Positions 56,234 through 64,000 of a stretch of 64,000 nt of DNA are shown here, piece after piece. The stretch covers positions 32,495 through 96,494 of the forward strand of contig CAVSLC010000022.1 of assembly GCA_963728565.1 (NCBI GenBank). Direction: 5' to 3'. Position numbers and translations under genes: made by a program. Position 1 is the first letter of the stretch; each line of letters starts with the position of its first letter. The notes beneath the pieces are model-generated. The model saw only the letters and a list, made by a program, of their open reading frames with translations. It ran no database searches and was not told the origin of the DNA. Source of the stretch: an uncultured delta proteobacterium (GTDB lineage: Bacteria > Desulfobacterota > Binatia > UBA9968).

Positions 56234-57220
56234 TCACTTGATCACACTATCCGCCCGGGCCAGCACGTTAGGCGGAACGGTCACGCCGATCTGCTTGGCA
56301 GCTTTTAGGTTGATGACGAATTCAAATCGGGTGGGCTGCTCGACCGGAAGATCGGCCGGCTTCGTACCTTTTAGGATTTTGTCAACGTACACTGCGGCGC
56401 GCCGATAGCCCCAGCTCGGATCAGACTCATCGGGCCCGTAGGCCATGAGCGCTCCAGCCTCGGCGAATCGTCTATTATAGTAGATCGCCGGCATCCGATG
56501 CTTTGTCGCAAGCGCCGCGAGCTGTCTCGTGTTGTTGGTGAAGAGCGGCGAGCCCAGTATGACAAGGCCTTCGGCCCGGGGCTTTACCATCGCTTCGAAT
56601 GAAGTTGGGAAATCCTTCACACTTTGCACTTGCGCAAGCTGGAGCTGCACGCCTGCTGAGAGGGCAGCGTTTTGCAGTGTTTTAAGCTGGTTGGCGGTAC
56701 CGGTCTTATCCGAGAGAACGGCTACGCGCGAAATCTTCGGGAGAGACTCCTTGAGCAGGTCCAGTAATTTGCCGCTCACTTCACCAGTCTGAAACGATAG
56801 ACCCGTGATATTGCCGCCAGGCCGGGCAAGGGTTGTCACGAACCCTGCAACGTCGGCGTCGTCCATGCGCGCGATCACAACCGGGATAGTGCTGGTTGCT
56901 TCTTTCGCAGCGCGAACTCCAGCCGGCCCGTGAGTGACAATGACATCGACGCCAAGGCGAACGAGCTCAGTCATCATTATCGGAACTTGAACCAGGTTGT
57001 CTTCTGCCCATCTCGGCTCCAGTGTGATGTTCTGCCCTTCGATGTAGCCAAGTTGACGCAGCCCTTGGCGGAATTCTTCGAGACGTCCGAGTTTAGGTTC
57101 TTCAGCCTGCCGGGTTAAACGTAGAAATCCGACGCGCGGTACTTTGGTTGAAGTCTGCGCCTCCACCGGCAAAGTCGATGCCATGAGCAAAGCGGCAATA
57201 ACAAATCCGATAGACTTCAT
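56234..57220 (-). CDS. ABC-type solute-binding protein (PF04392 family)
   Basis: Same motifs; signal peptide ending VEAQ. Confidence 0.9.
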   Translation of the reverse strand: MKSIGFVIAALLMASTLPVEAQTSTKVPRVGFLRLTRQAEEPKLGRLEEFRQGLRQLGYIEGQNITLEPRWAEDNLVQVPIMMTELVRLGVDVIVTHGPAGVRAAKEATSTIPVVIARMDDADVAGFVTTLARPGGNITGLSFQTGEVSGKLLDLLKESLPKISRVAVLSDKTGTANQLKTLQNAALSAGVQLQLAQVQSVKDFPTSFEAMVKPRAEGLVILGSPLFTNNTRQLAALATKHRMPAIYYNRRFAEAGALMAYGPDESDPSWGYRRAAVYVDKILKGTKPADLPVEQPTRFEFVINLKAAKQIGVTVPPNVLARADSVIK

Positions 57221-57292
57221 CCTTTACTGTCCCTCTCGCCGAAAATTACTGTCAATGTGTTTCCTGCCCCTAGTCAGTCACGACAGCGCAAA

Positions 57293-57330
57293 TCATTTGA
57301 TCACTCTTTCCGTCCCAGCGAGCACATCAG
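57293..57330 (-). pseudogene. Short 3'-end fragment of an SBP gene
   Basis: Reads [11 protein letters not shown]-stop. Confidence 0.55.
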
Positions 57331-57350
57331 ATTGAAGTAACGGCAAACTA
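57331..57350. repeat. 20-bp direct repeat, copy 1 (SBP stop codon plus 17-nt trailer)
   Basis: attgaagtaacggcaaacta, 19/20 identical to 57997-58016. Confidence 0.8.
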
Positions 57351-57816
57351 TTTTGATCACCCGATCGGCCCGCGCCAGCACATCAGGCGGGATCGTCAGG
57401 CCGATCTGCTTGGCGGTTTTGAGATTTGTCACGAGCGCGAATTTCACCGGGGGCCGGGCAAATCGGCAGGTTTGGTTCCTTTAAGAATCTTGTCGACGTA
57501 AAATGCGGCAGGTCGGTATGACTCACGGAATTCGGATCATAGCTCATTAGCCCGCCAGCATCGACAAAGTCGTCCGAAAAAACATAGATCGTAAATGACC
57601 TGTTGCGAACAAATCTACGATACGGCTTCGGCGGCCTTCGATATGTCCCGATTCGCGGAGAGTTTGACGGCGGGCTTCGGGATTGGGGGCGGCCGCGGGA
57701 GAGAATGCCGGACTTATGAAACCGATCCGCGGATTTTTGTTGGCTGCTGCGCCTGGGCTGGAAGACCCACGCAAAGAGCCAGGCGCTAAGGGCGAAACTA
57801 ATAATATCTTTGTCAT
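57348..57816 (-). pseudogene. Internally deleted, frameshifted SBP gene
   Basis: Signal-like start, [38 protein letters not shown]; most of the middle is missing. Confidence 0.7.
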
Positions 57817-57864
57817 GAACGTCCCCGCGCTCTTGCTGACCAGTGATGACCGACTTCCGACCTC

Positions 57865-57996
57865 CGTTGATCATCTCATCTGCTCGGGCCAGCACACTCG
57901 GCGGAATCTCACACCGATCTGCTGCGCGGCTTTCAGATCGATCACCAGCTCGGACTTTGTTGGCTATCCTACCGGCAGATCGCCGGGCTCGGCTCC
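57865..57996 (-). pseudogene. 3'-end fragment of an SBP gene
   Basis: GAEPGDLPV..PTKSELVIDLKAAQQIG..VLARADEMI. Confidence 0.7.
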
Positions 57997-58016
57997 ATTG
58001 AAGTAACGGCGAACTA
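57997..58016. repeat. 20-bp direct repeat, copy 2
   Basis: attgaagtaacggcgaacta. Confidence 0.8.
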
Positions 58017-58985
58017 CTTGATCACCTTATCCGCTCGCGCCAGCACATTAGGCGGAATCATCAGACCGATCTGCTTCGCCGCTTTGAGATTGATGGCGAA
58101 CTCAAATTTCGTAGGCTGCTCGATTGGTAGTTCACCGGGCTTAGCGCCTTTCAGAATCCTATCGACATGGTGAAGGGCGCGCCCCAGAGTCTCCGACAGG
58201 GTTGAGCCATAGGACATGAGACCGCCATCATCGACATACGATGAATCTTCGTACATTATCGGCAGTCGGTTGTTTGTCGCCGATTCAAAAAGCTGCTTTC
58301 GGTTGCTTCTGATCAATGGATCGGTGATAACCAACAGCGCGTCCGGGCGTATACGCATCATCTCCAAAAAGGCGTTGGCAAAATCCTTGGGCTCGCGCAC
58401 AGCCGAAGCTTGCACCGCCACCCGCAACGCCTGCGCCGCTCGCTCCACCTCGCGGAACTTTAGTGTCATGCCAAGATCGGCCCCATTCCAGAGAACGGCA
58501 CTGCGGGCGAGCTTGGGAAAGACTTCCTTCAAAAGCTCAAGCCGTTTGCCGCTCAATTCCGCTTCCTGCGCACTCACGCCCGTTATGTTTCTGCCTGGCC
58601 TAGCAAAGCTCGCAACGAGTCCTGTAGCCACTGGGTCACCGGCCCCAAAGACGACGATGGGAATGGTCGTTGTTGCTTCCTTAGCAGCGAGAGCTGCCGG
58701 GAACGAGCCTGCAATAATAACGTCCACGGACAGGCGAGCGAGGTCGGCTGCAAGCTCGGGAAGGCGGCTCATCTGTCCACTGGCATATCGGCGCTCAATA
58801 GCGATGTTCTGACCTTCCACGTAGCCCAACTGGCGCAAGCCTTTGTCGAACGGTGTAGGGGACGCGGTTGGAGGGGGAGCACCGGGCATCAATAGGCCTA
58901 TCCGACGGAGTTTGGTTGGCTGCTGCGCCTGCGATACATGGACAATCGCCAGCACCAAAGTTAACAGCAGAAGAACAGTCTTCAT
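58014..58985 (-). CDS. ABC-type solute-binding protein (PF04392 family)
   Basis: MKTVLLL..SQAQQPTKLRRIG signal; GDPVATGLVASFARPG; LARADKVIK. Confidence 0.9.
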   Translation of the reverse strand: MKTVLLLLTLVLAIVHVSQAQQPTKLRRIGLLMPGAPPPTASPTPFDKGLRQLGYVEGQNIAIERRYASGQMSRLPELAADLARLSVDVIIAGSFPAALAAKEATTTIPIVVFGAGDPVATGLVASFARPGRNITGVSAQEAELSGKRLELLKEVFPKLARSAVLWNGADLGMTLKFREVERAAQALRVAVQASAVREPKDFANAFLEMMRIRPDALLVITDPLIRSNRKQLFESATNNRLPIMYEDSSYVDDGGLMSYGSTLSETLGRALHHVDRILKGAKPGELPIEQPTKFEFAINLKAAKQIGLMIPPNVLARADKVIK

Positions 58986-58999
58986 ACACCGGTGCCCTC

Positions 59000-59230
59000 T
59001 CATTTGATTATGTTGTCCGCTCGCGCCAGCACGGTCGGCGGAATCGTCAGGCCGATCTGCTTTGCGGTTTTTAGATTCATGACCAGCTCGAACTTGGTTT
59101 GCTGCTCGATTGGCAGATCGCCAGGTTGGCACTTTTAACGATTCTGTCGATTGATGTGGCTAGGCGCCGGTAACTGGATGCGAGCTGGGCTAGGACATGA
59201 GCCCACCGGCATCTACAAGATGCCTCCTGA
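59000..59230 (-). pseudogene. 3' fragment of an SBP gene
   Basis: GLMS-stop..[44 protein letters not shown]; frameshifted. Confidence 0.7.
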
Positions 59231-59273
59231 TGTATCTCGACCACGACCGGTCTTTTAGTCAGCGGAGCGTAAG

Positions 59274-60753
59274 TCACTCTTGAAACTCTTGAGGCGCGAC
59301 CTTGGCCAAGGCAACGAAAAACATTCTCCAGAACTCCGGAAACCTCATTCCGGCACGCCGATTAAACGGATCGAGCGCAACCGGCGGACCCCAACGACCA
59401 CGGTAACCGGAAGTACTGTCATCGCTCGGCCACCAGACTTGCGCTTGCCGGTCAACGATAAAGTTGTAACGACGGCCTTCGATTGGCACGTCTTCAGCCG
59501 CGGCCCATTTATTTTTATTAAGTATTATTCAGATCATCAATAGAGACATTTGTCGGAACGACGACCTTGCTGTTGCTGCCCGGCTCGGGCCCAGTATCCG
59601 GCCGTGGCGCTTCTAAAGGCGCAAGAAGTTCATCCGCGGGGGTCTCCGATCCAGGAAAAAGAGGCAGCCCTTCCAACGCCGTCAACACTGCGCCGGCGAT
59701 AAGGCCAGGCGGCCCGATGCCGAGGAGAAATCCCGCTCCGAGAATTTTGCCCCAAGCGGCAACCGGGCTTCCCTCCTCGGAAGAAGAAGGTTGGGATGCA
59801 AGATATTGGTTGAGCGCATCGGGTCCATCGAACTGCCCGCACCACTGGGGAAAGGACTCAGAAGGGTAGGGATCCACTTTATGCTCGCCCGGTTCGAGAT
59901 AGAGGCTGTGCGTCCCCAAAGATACAAAAAGCGCAGCATGATCGTCGATTGTCGCCGGCAGCGGCTTGTTTAGTTTCCCTATGCGTTCTTTCCATTTTTC
60001 AACTCTCATCCCGACACGTCTCTCGTTATCGAGTCCCTGCGTTGAGTCTAGATTGCGCCGTCCGGTATAACCGATCCACTGCGGCTCATAAGCTTGATTG
60101 TCAATTTGTCGGTTCAGCAGAAGCGCCAAGCACGCCCACTCACCGGCAAAACTGGCAAACTGTTTGCCCGTTTCCGTCTCCTCACATGGTGCCGCTAGGG
60201 ATTCGATATGACCCGGAAAGAAGAAATAATAACAGAGCAGAGCCGGGTTTGGATGTTTTTCTATGAGTTTGTTGAATACCTTCGCCAGCTCCAAACCGTC
60301 GGTGACCGGCATGTTCATAAGGTCTCGCAGGCGAACAGCGTCAAAAAACTCTGCGTGATACCAAAACCGGCTTTTAACAAGCTCCTTGTCGCCGTTGGCC
60401 TCATTGTAGAGGTTTGCCAGCTCCTCTAAATTGGAATATCGGCGCTCGATTGTTTTCCAGCCGGTGAGTTCAAAAAAACAGTCAGGCGCGAGAAAAAAGG
60501 TGGTGTCCGATAGCGTCTCACCAAGGAAGCGTTGATCGGCTAGCTTCTCAGTCTCGAAGGCCGCAATCTTTTTTTTCTCGATTATGGGGTCGGCAGGAAC
60601 AAGCTTGCCGTCATTTGCAAGTGTCGATTTCCAGAGCGCGCTGTGCTCAATGTACCGTTTGGCATCGGATGGAAAGAAGCGTTCCTTCGGATGAAAGTAG
60701 AGAATCGGTTCGAAGCGCCGAACCAACTTGATCAAATCTGCATCAGGAGGCAT
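59274..60753 (-). CDS. Hypothetical protein, loosely Vps62/NPP1-like (frameshift near 59515)
   Basis: RFEPILYFHPKERFFP, YYFFFP, AGEW, GTHSLY and C-terminal YRGRWG; one Gly-rich hydrophobic hairpin. Confidence 0.6.
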
Positions 60754-61864
60754 CGCTTTTTCTTTCCGGCGCCATCCATTCCCCACAGTTTTCCACCATA
60801 AGCCGGACGAGCGCGTGAAATTGGGGATCGCAGTTGAGCGGCTCGCAGTCCGCAGCTATTTTTTTGAGGCAATCAGACTCAAGCAAAGACTTCAGTGCCG
60901 GATCGTCGCGCAAGGAGACTCCGGCCAACCGTAGCCAGGCACACCAGTCAGCGCAGAGCTTTGCCATCTCGGGGCTATCGAGTTTTCCCGCCCTCCAGAG
61001 CTGCAAATATTCGTAGCAAGTTCTAAAGTAACGCGCGCGAGTTTCTGGACCTTTTCCGCTGATTGTGCGTCGAATTCGGTCAACCGCCGTCCTGATCGCG
61101 ACTTGGATCTGCCGTGCACAGTCGGGGTTCTGCTCTAAGACCCTTGCCAGGCTGCGGAAGAATCGCGCCCAGCACCTGGCAACGTCATCGGTCACCGGAC
61201 GGGAAAAGAATTCTTCATCCATAACATGCGGATTAACCCGCCAGACTTTTACTTCGTCAATATCTCCGTCCCAGTGAGTATCATTCCCCTCCGGCTCGTT
61301 GCCGATGCAGACGCCCAACGGCCCCACTGACGGCACCGTTCCCAGCAGATTAGTGCGCCGCGCTATGAGCTGACCATCAGCATAAAGCTCCATCGTGTCG
61401 AACCCGTTATGGGTAAAGCTTAACGTGACCCATTTACCGTAGGGAACTAGATACTCCTGAAAGCCGGGCGAACCCATGGAGTTCAGTCCATCGCTGTTCT
61501 GTAACGGGTAAGTCGATGTGCCGCGAAACGAAGCGAACAAAGAATGGTTACTGATAAAAAAGCTAAACGAATTGTGACCGGCGATGAGAGTTTGATGATC
61601 ATCCAGCAGGATAGGAGAGATACGGCGGCGCGCGGTCACTTCTACTTTAATCCCGCCAAGAGATCGCCAACTGTTGCTCGCTGGTACGTATATCCGGCTG
61701 CCGCTCTTCGAGAAACGAAGCGCGCCCGAATTGGGCGCGACGCCGTTTTTCAAGAACTGCGTATCAATTGCCTGTCCATGGTTGTCGTGATCGGATAAAT
61801 CAACCGGCAGGCCGTCCCATCCTGCATAGACGTGATGGCAGATCAGTTCGAAAGTTGCATTCAT
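60743..61864 (-). CDS. LamG/concanavalin-A-like domain protein with Cys-rich helical C-terminus
   Basis: DLSDHDNHG, GKWVTLSFTH..LYADGQ, IG..WDGDIDEVKVW. Confidence 0.75.
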   Translation of the reverse strand: MNATFELICHHVYAGWDGLPVDLSDHDNHGQAIDTQFLKNGVAPNSGALRFSKSGSRIYVPASNSWRSLGGIKVEVTARRRISPILLDDHQTLIAGHNSFSFFISNHSLFASFRGTSTYPLQNSDGLNSMGSPGFQEYLVPYGKWVTLSFTHNGFDTMELYADGQLIARRTNLLGTVPSVGPLGVCIGNEPEGNDTHWDGDIDEVKVWRVNPHVMDEEFFSRPVTDDVARCWARFFRSLARVLEQNPDCARQIQVAIRTAVDRIRRTISGKGPETRARYFRTCYEYLQLWRAGKLDSPEMAKLCADWCAWLRLAGVSLRDDPALKSLLESDCLKKIAADCEPLNCDPQFHALVRLMVENCGEWMAPERKSDAS

Positions 61865-62249
61865 CCCGGATTCCGCAGTTCAAAGTGACACAGGGATCAA
61901 GCGGCAAGCCCTCCGGAGCCAAGCCAATAGGTCTCTGGCTAATAGCGGACTGCAAGCTCCAGTGCTTTAGCCAACGCCTGAAAAGTTGTCATCCCAAAGC
62001 CAAGCACGATACCCGACATTGAAATTGTTCGCTTCTGCCTTCGCTCCTCCAGGCTCGCCGCTCGATCCGATACCGGTGTTCATCTCTACTGCGCAATCCG
62101 GGCTCATAGCAACGCACCGATCACGATGTTTTTTGTGGACTAAAAAAGCGTGTAGCCGGTCACAGGCAAGCTGCCAGCCGATGATGTTGGACGTGGGTCA
62201 AGAGCGCGCGTGAGCTTTTTGCCGATACGCATCCATTTAAGCTCATTGT

Positions 62250-63107
62250 CTAAGCCAGCTTTGTCCAGCTCGCCTGCGACGGATCACCGCCCCTCGTACA
62301 GAACCAGAGATTTGTGATCTCCGTGCCTCTGTCATCGGGCCAGACAGTGGACAACAATTCACCAGCGTTTGATTTCGCCAGCGCCGTGGGATCCTTGATG
62401 CGCAGCGGAATGAGCCAGAGCTGTGCCATCTTGCTCGATTCCAGTATTGCTGCCTGCTCCTCCTTGGAACGCGCGTGCACCCCTGCGCCGCGATCGCCGG
62501 TTGCGAAGACGCCCGTCTGGCCTTCGCCCAGCACGCCCGGGCCGCCGCTCGACTGTCCTTGAACACCAGGAAGCCCGCGGCCGAACACGCCTGGCCCGTT
62601 CGCGCCGTCGCCGCTGACGCCAGTTTCGCCGCGTCCGAGAACCCCGGCTTTCTGCGCCGCCTCGAAAGCGGCATCACGGGTCGTTGTCTGTTCAATTCCG
62701 ACAACGCCGTTCTGGCCGGTGCCGAAGACGCCTGGCGAGGCCGCCGAGCCGACGCCGAGCATGCCTGCGCCGACGGAATTTTCAAGAGGTCTATTGCGCG
62801 AGGTGGCATGGACATACCCGGCAACGCCGTTGATCCCTTGCGCAATAATTCCATTGCCGGCCGGAATCGTCCCCATTGCCCCGCCGGTAGGTGAGGGAAG
62901 CGTACCCTTGGCGTGGATGGCATCGACGCCGCGCCCCGGGGTGGATGTGAGCACCGCGTCATTTTCGATCGAGACACTCAGGACAAAATCGTCCGCGTAG
63001 CCGTTCGGAGCGGCGCCGGTAGCGACCAGAATGGTGCGTTCTTCGCTCTTGTTCGTGCGACCGACAGTCATGTCTTCGCCAGCTTCATCAGCTCCAAGAC
63101 TTCCCAT
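62250..63107 (-). CDS. Glycine-rich GVxG-repeat protein
   Basis: AGGAGG RBS; about 12 GVxG units; ends NLWFCTRGGDPSQASWTKLA. Confidence 0.7.
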   Translation of the reverse strand: MGSLGADEAGEDMTVGRTNKSEERTILVATGAAPNGYADDFVLSVSIENDAVLTSTPGRGVDAIHAKGTLPSPTGGAMGTIPAGNGIIAQGINGVAGYVHATSRNRPLENSVGAGMLGVGSAASPGVFGTGQNGVVGIEQTTTRDAAFEAAQKAGVLGRGETGVSGDGANGPGVFGRGLPGVQGQSSGGPGVLGEGQTGVFATGDRGAGVHARSKEEQAAILESSKMAQLWLIPLRIKDPTALAKSNAGELLSTVWPDDRGTEITNLWFCTRGGDPSQASWTKLA

Positions 63108-63354
63108 AAGACCTCCTGCGGATCACTTTACTGATCCGTATTGCAGACCTGAAATGAAAATCTCTTCGTCAAACAGTCGGGCTACTAACGAGTCGGTTTC
63201 TATAATCGAAAGTATCGGGTTGTCAACTTTTTTCCGGGACACTGCATCGGCTAACATAGCCATTTAACCTGAGTAGATTTCATCGTGTTGTCGGATTCAG
63301 AACGCGTCGGCACACAGCCGCGCAGACTGGCAAGCGTTGCATTCAAAAAAGGGT

Positions 63355-64000
63355 TTACTTGATCACGCGATCCGCTCGCGCCAGCATGTTGGGTGGGATG
63401 GTGAGACCAATCTGCTTGGCTGTCTTCAGATTGATTACCAGTTCGAACTTCGTCGGCTGCTCCACAGGTAGATCAGCCGCCTTGGCACCTCTGAGAATTT
63501 TATCGACGTACAAGGCCACACGCCTGAAAGAATCCGAAAGATTTGGACCGTATGTCATCAATCCGCCGGCGTCGGCAAATTGACTCCACCCGCCAAGGCT
63601 GGCTAAGCGCTGCGTCGCGGCAAATTCCGCGATTTCCTTTCGATGAGCCAGCATCAGTGCATCCGGGAAGGTGATAAGACCGTTGGCGTGCTGTCTAATA
63701 AGAGCGCTAAAGGCGCCGGCGAAATCATCGGCAACCTGCGCGGTGTGACGTTGCACGCTAACACTCATGATGTTAGCCGCGGCTTGCGTCTCCGCGAACT
63801 CGACCGATTCTCCAGCATGATTTGGGTTGGCTAGTACGCCGATGCGGGTAGTCGTGGGCACCGCCTCTTTGAGCAACTCGACCCGTTTGCCGGCGAGGAC
63901 AGATGCAAAAAATGTCATACCAGTCGCGTTTCCCCCGGGGCGCGCCAAGCTGGCGACTATTCCGGCTTCAACCGGATCACTGCTGGTGCCGAAAACAACC
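63355..64000 (-). CDS. ABC-type solute-binding protein (PF04392 family), 5' end outside the window
   Basis: LARPGGNATG, GKRVELLKE, DLPVEQPTKFELVINLKTA. Confidence 0.9.
   Translation of the reverse strand, partial: VVFGTSSDPVEAGIVASLARPGGNATGMTFFASVLAGKRVELLKEAVPTTTRIGVLANPNHAGESVEFAETQAAANIMSVSVQRHTAQVADDFAGAFSALIRQHANGLITFPDALMLAHRKEIAEFAATQRLASLGGWSQFADAGGLMTYGPNLSDSFRRVALYVDKILRGAKAADLPVEQPTKFELVINLKTAKQIGLTIPPNMLARADRVIK

Noticed and set aside
57331-58016. The 20-bp repeats as a CRISPR array or integron attC sites
   Set aside because: Only two copies, 666 bp apart, not palindromic, and no cas or intI gene in the window.
55186-63583. Recurring plus-strand ORFs such as SLYDLVRPRQH, SLDHTIRPGQH and MITRSARAS as a repeated small-gene family
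   Set aside because: They are antisense shadows of the conserved SBP 3' ends and have no independent RBS or promoter.

Overview
A GC-rich bacterial chromosome segment; gene content suggests Deltaproteobacteria/Binatia (inference). Many 1-nt indels, even in core genes such as mreC and pepA, point to uncorrected long-read errors. About 1-33 kb is accessory metabolism: MetE-like protein, amidohydrolases, RNase HI, SelO, DAHP synthase, garR, mltD, glcDFE, two TRAP systems, an amidase and an aminotransferase/Fe-S operon. About 33-49 kb is housekeeping: lipAB, ppiD, mreBCD-mrdA-rodA, trxA, pepA, folE, ccdA, tlpA. About 49.6-64 kb holds a signalling operon fed by an array of intact and decayed PF04392-type solute-binding-protein (SBP) genes, interrupted by three uncharacterised genes. 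Main findings: (1) a probable selenocysteine SelO ending YRTF-UGA-GT with a SECIS-like hairpin; (2) a stand-alone 17-aa poly-Lys peptide gene with a perfect promoter, RBS and terminator, and crossing 5'/3' UTR complementarity; (3) an orphan SBP array with repeated junctions next to a sensor kinase; (4) an uncharacterised Fe-S protein pair; (5) recurrent 18-bp promoter spacers. No CRISPR array, rRNA, tRNA or transposase was seen.
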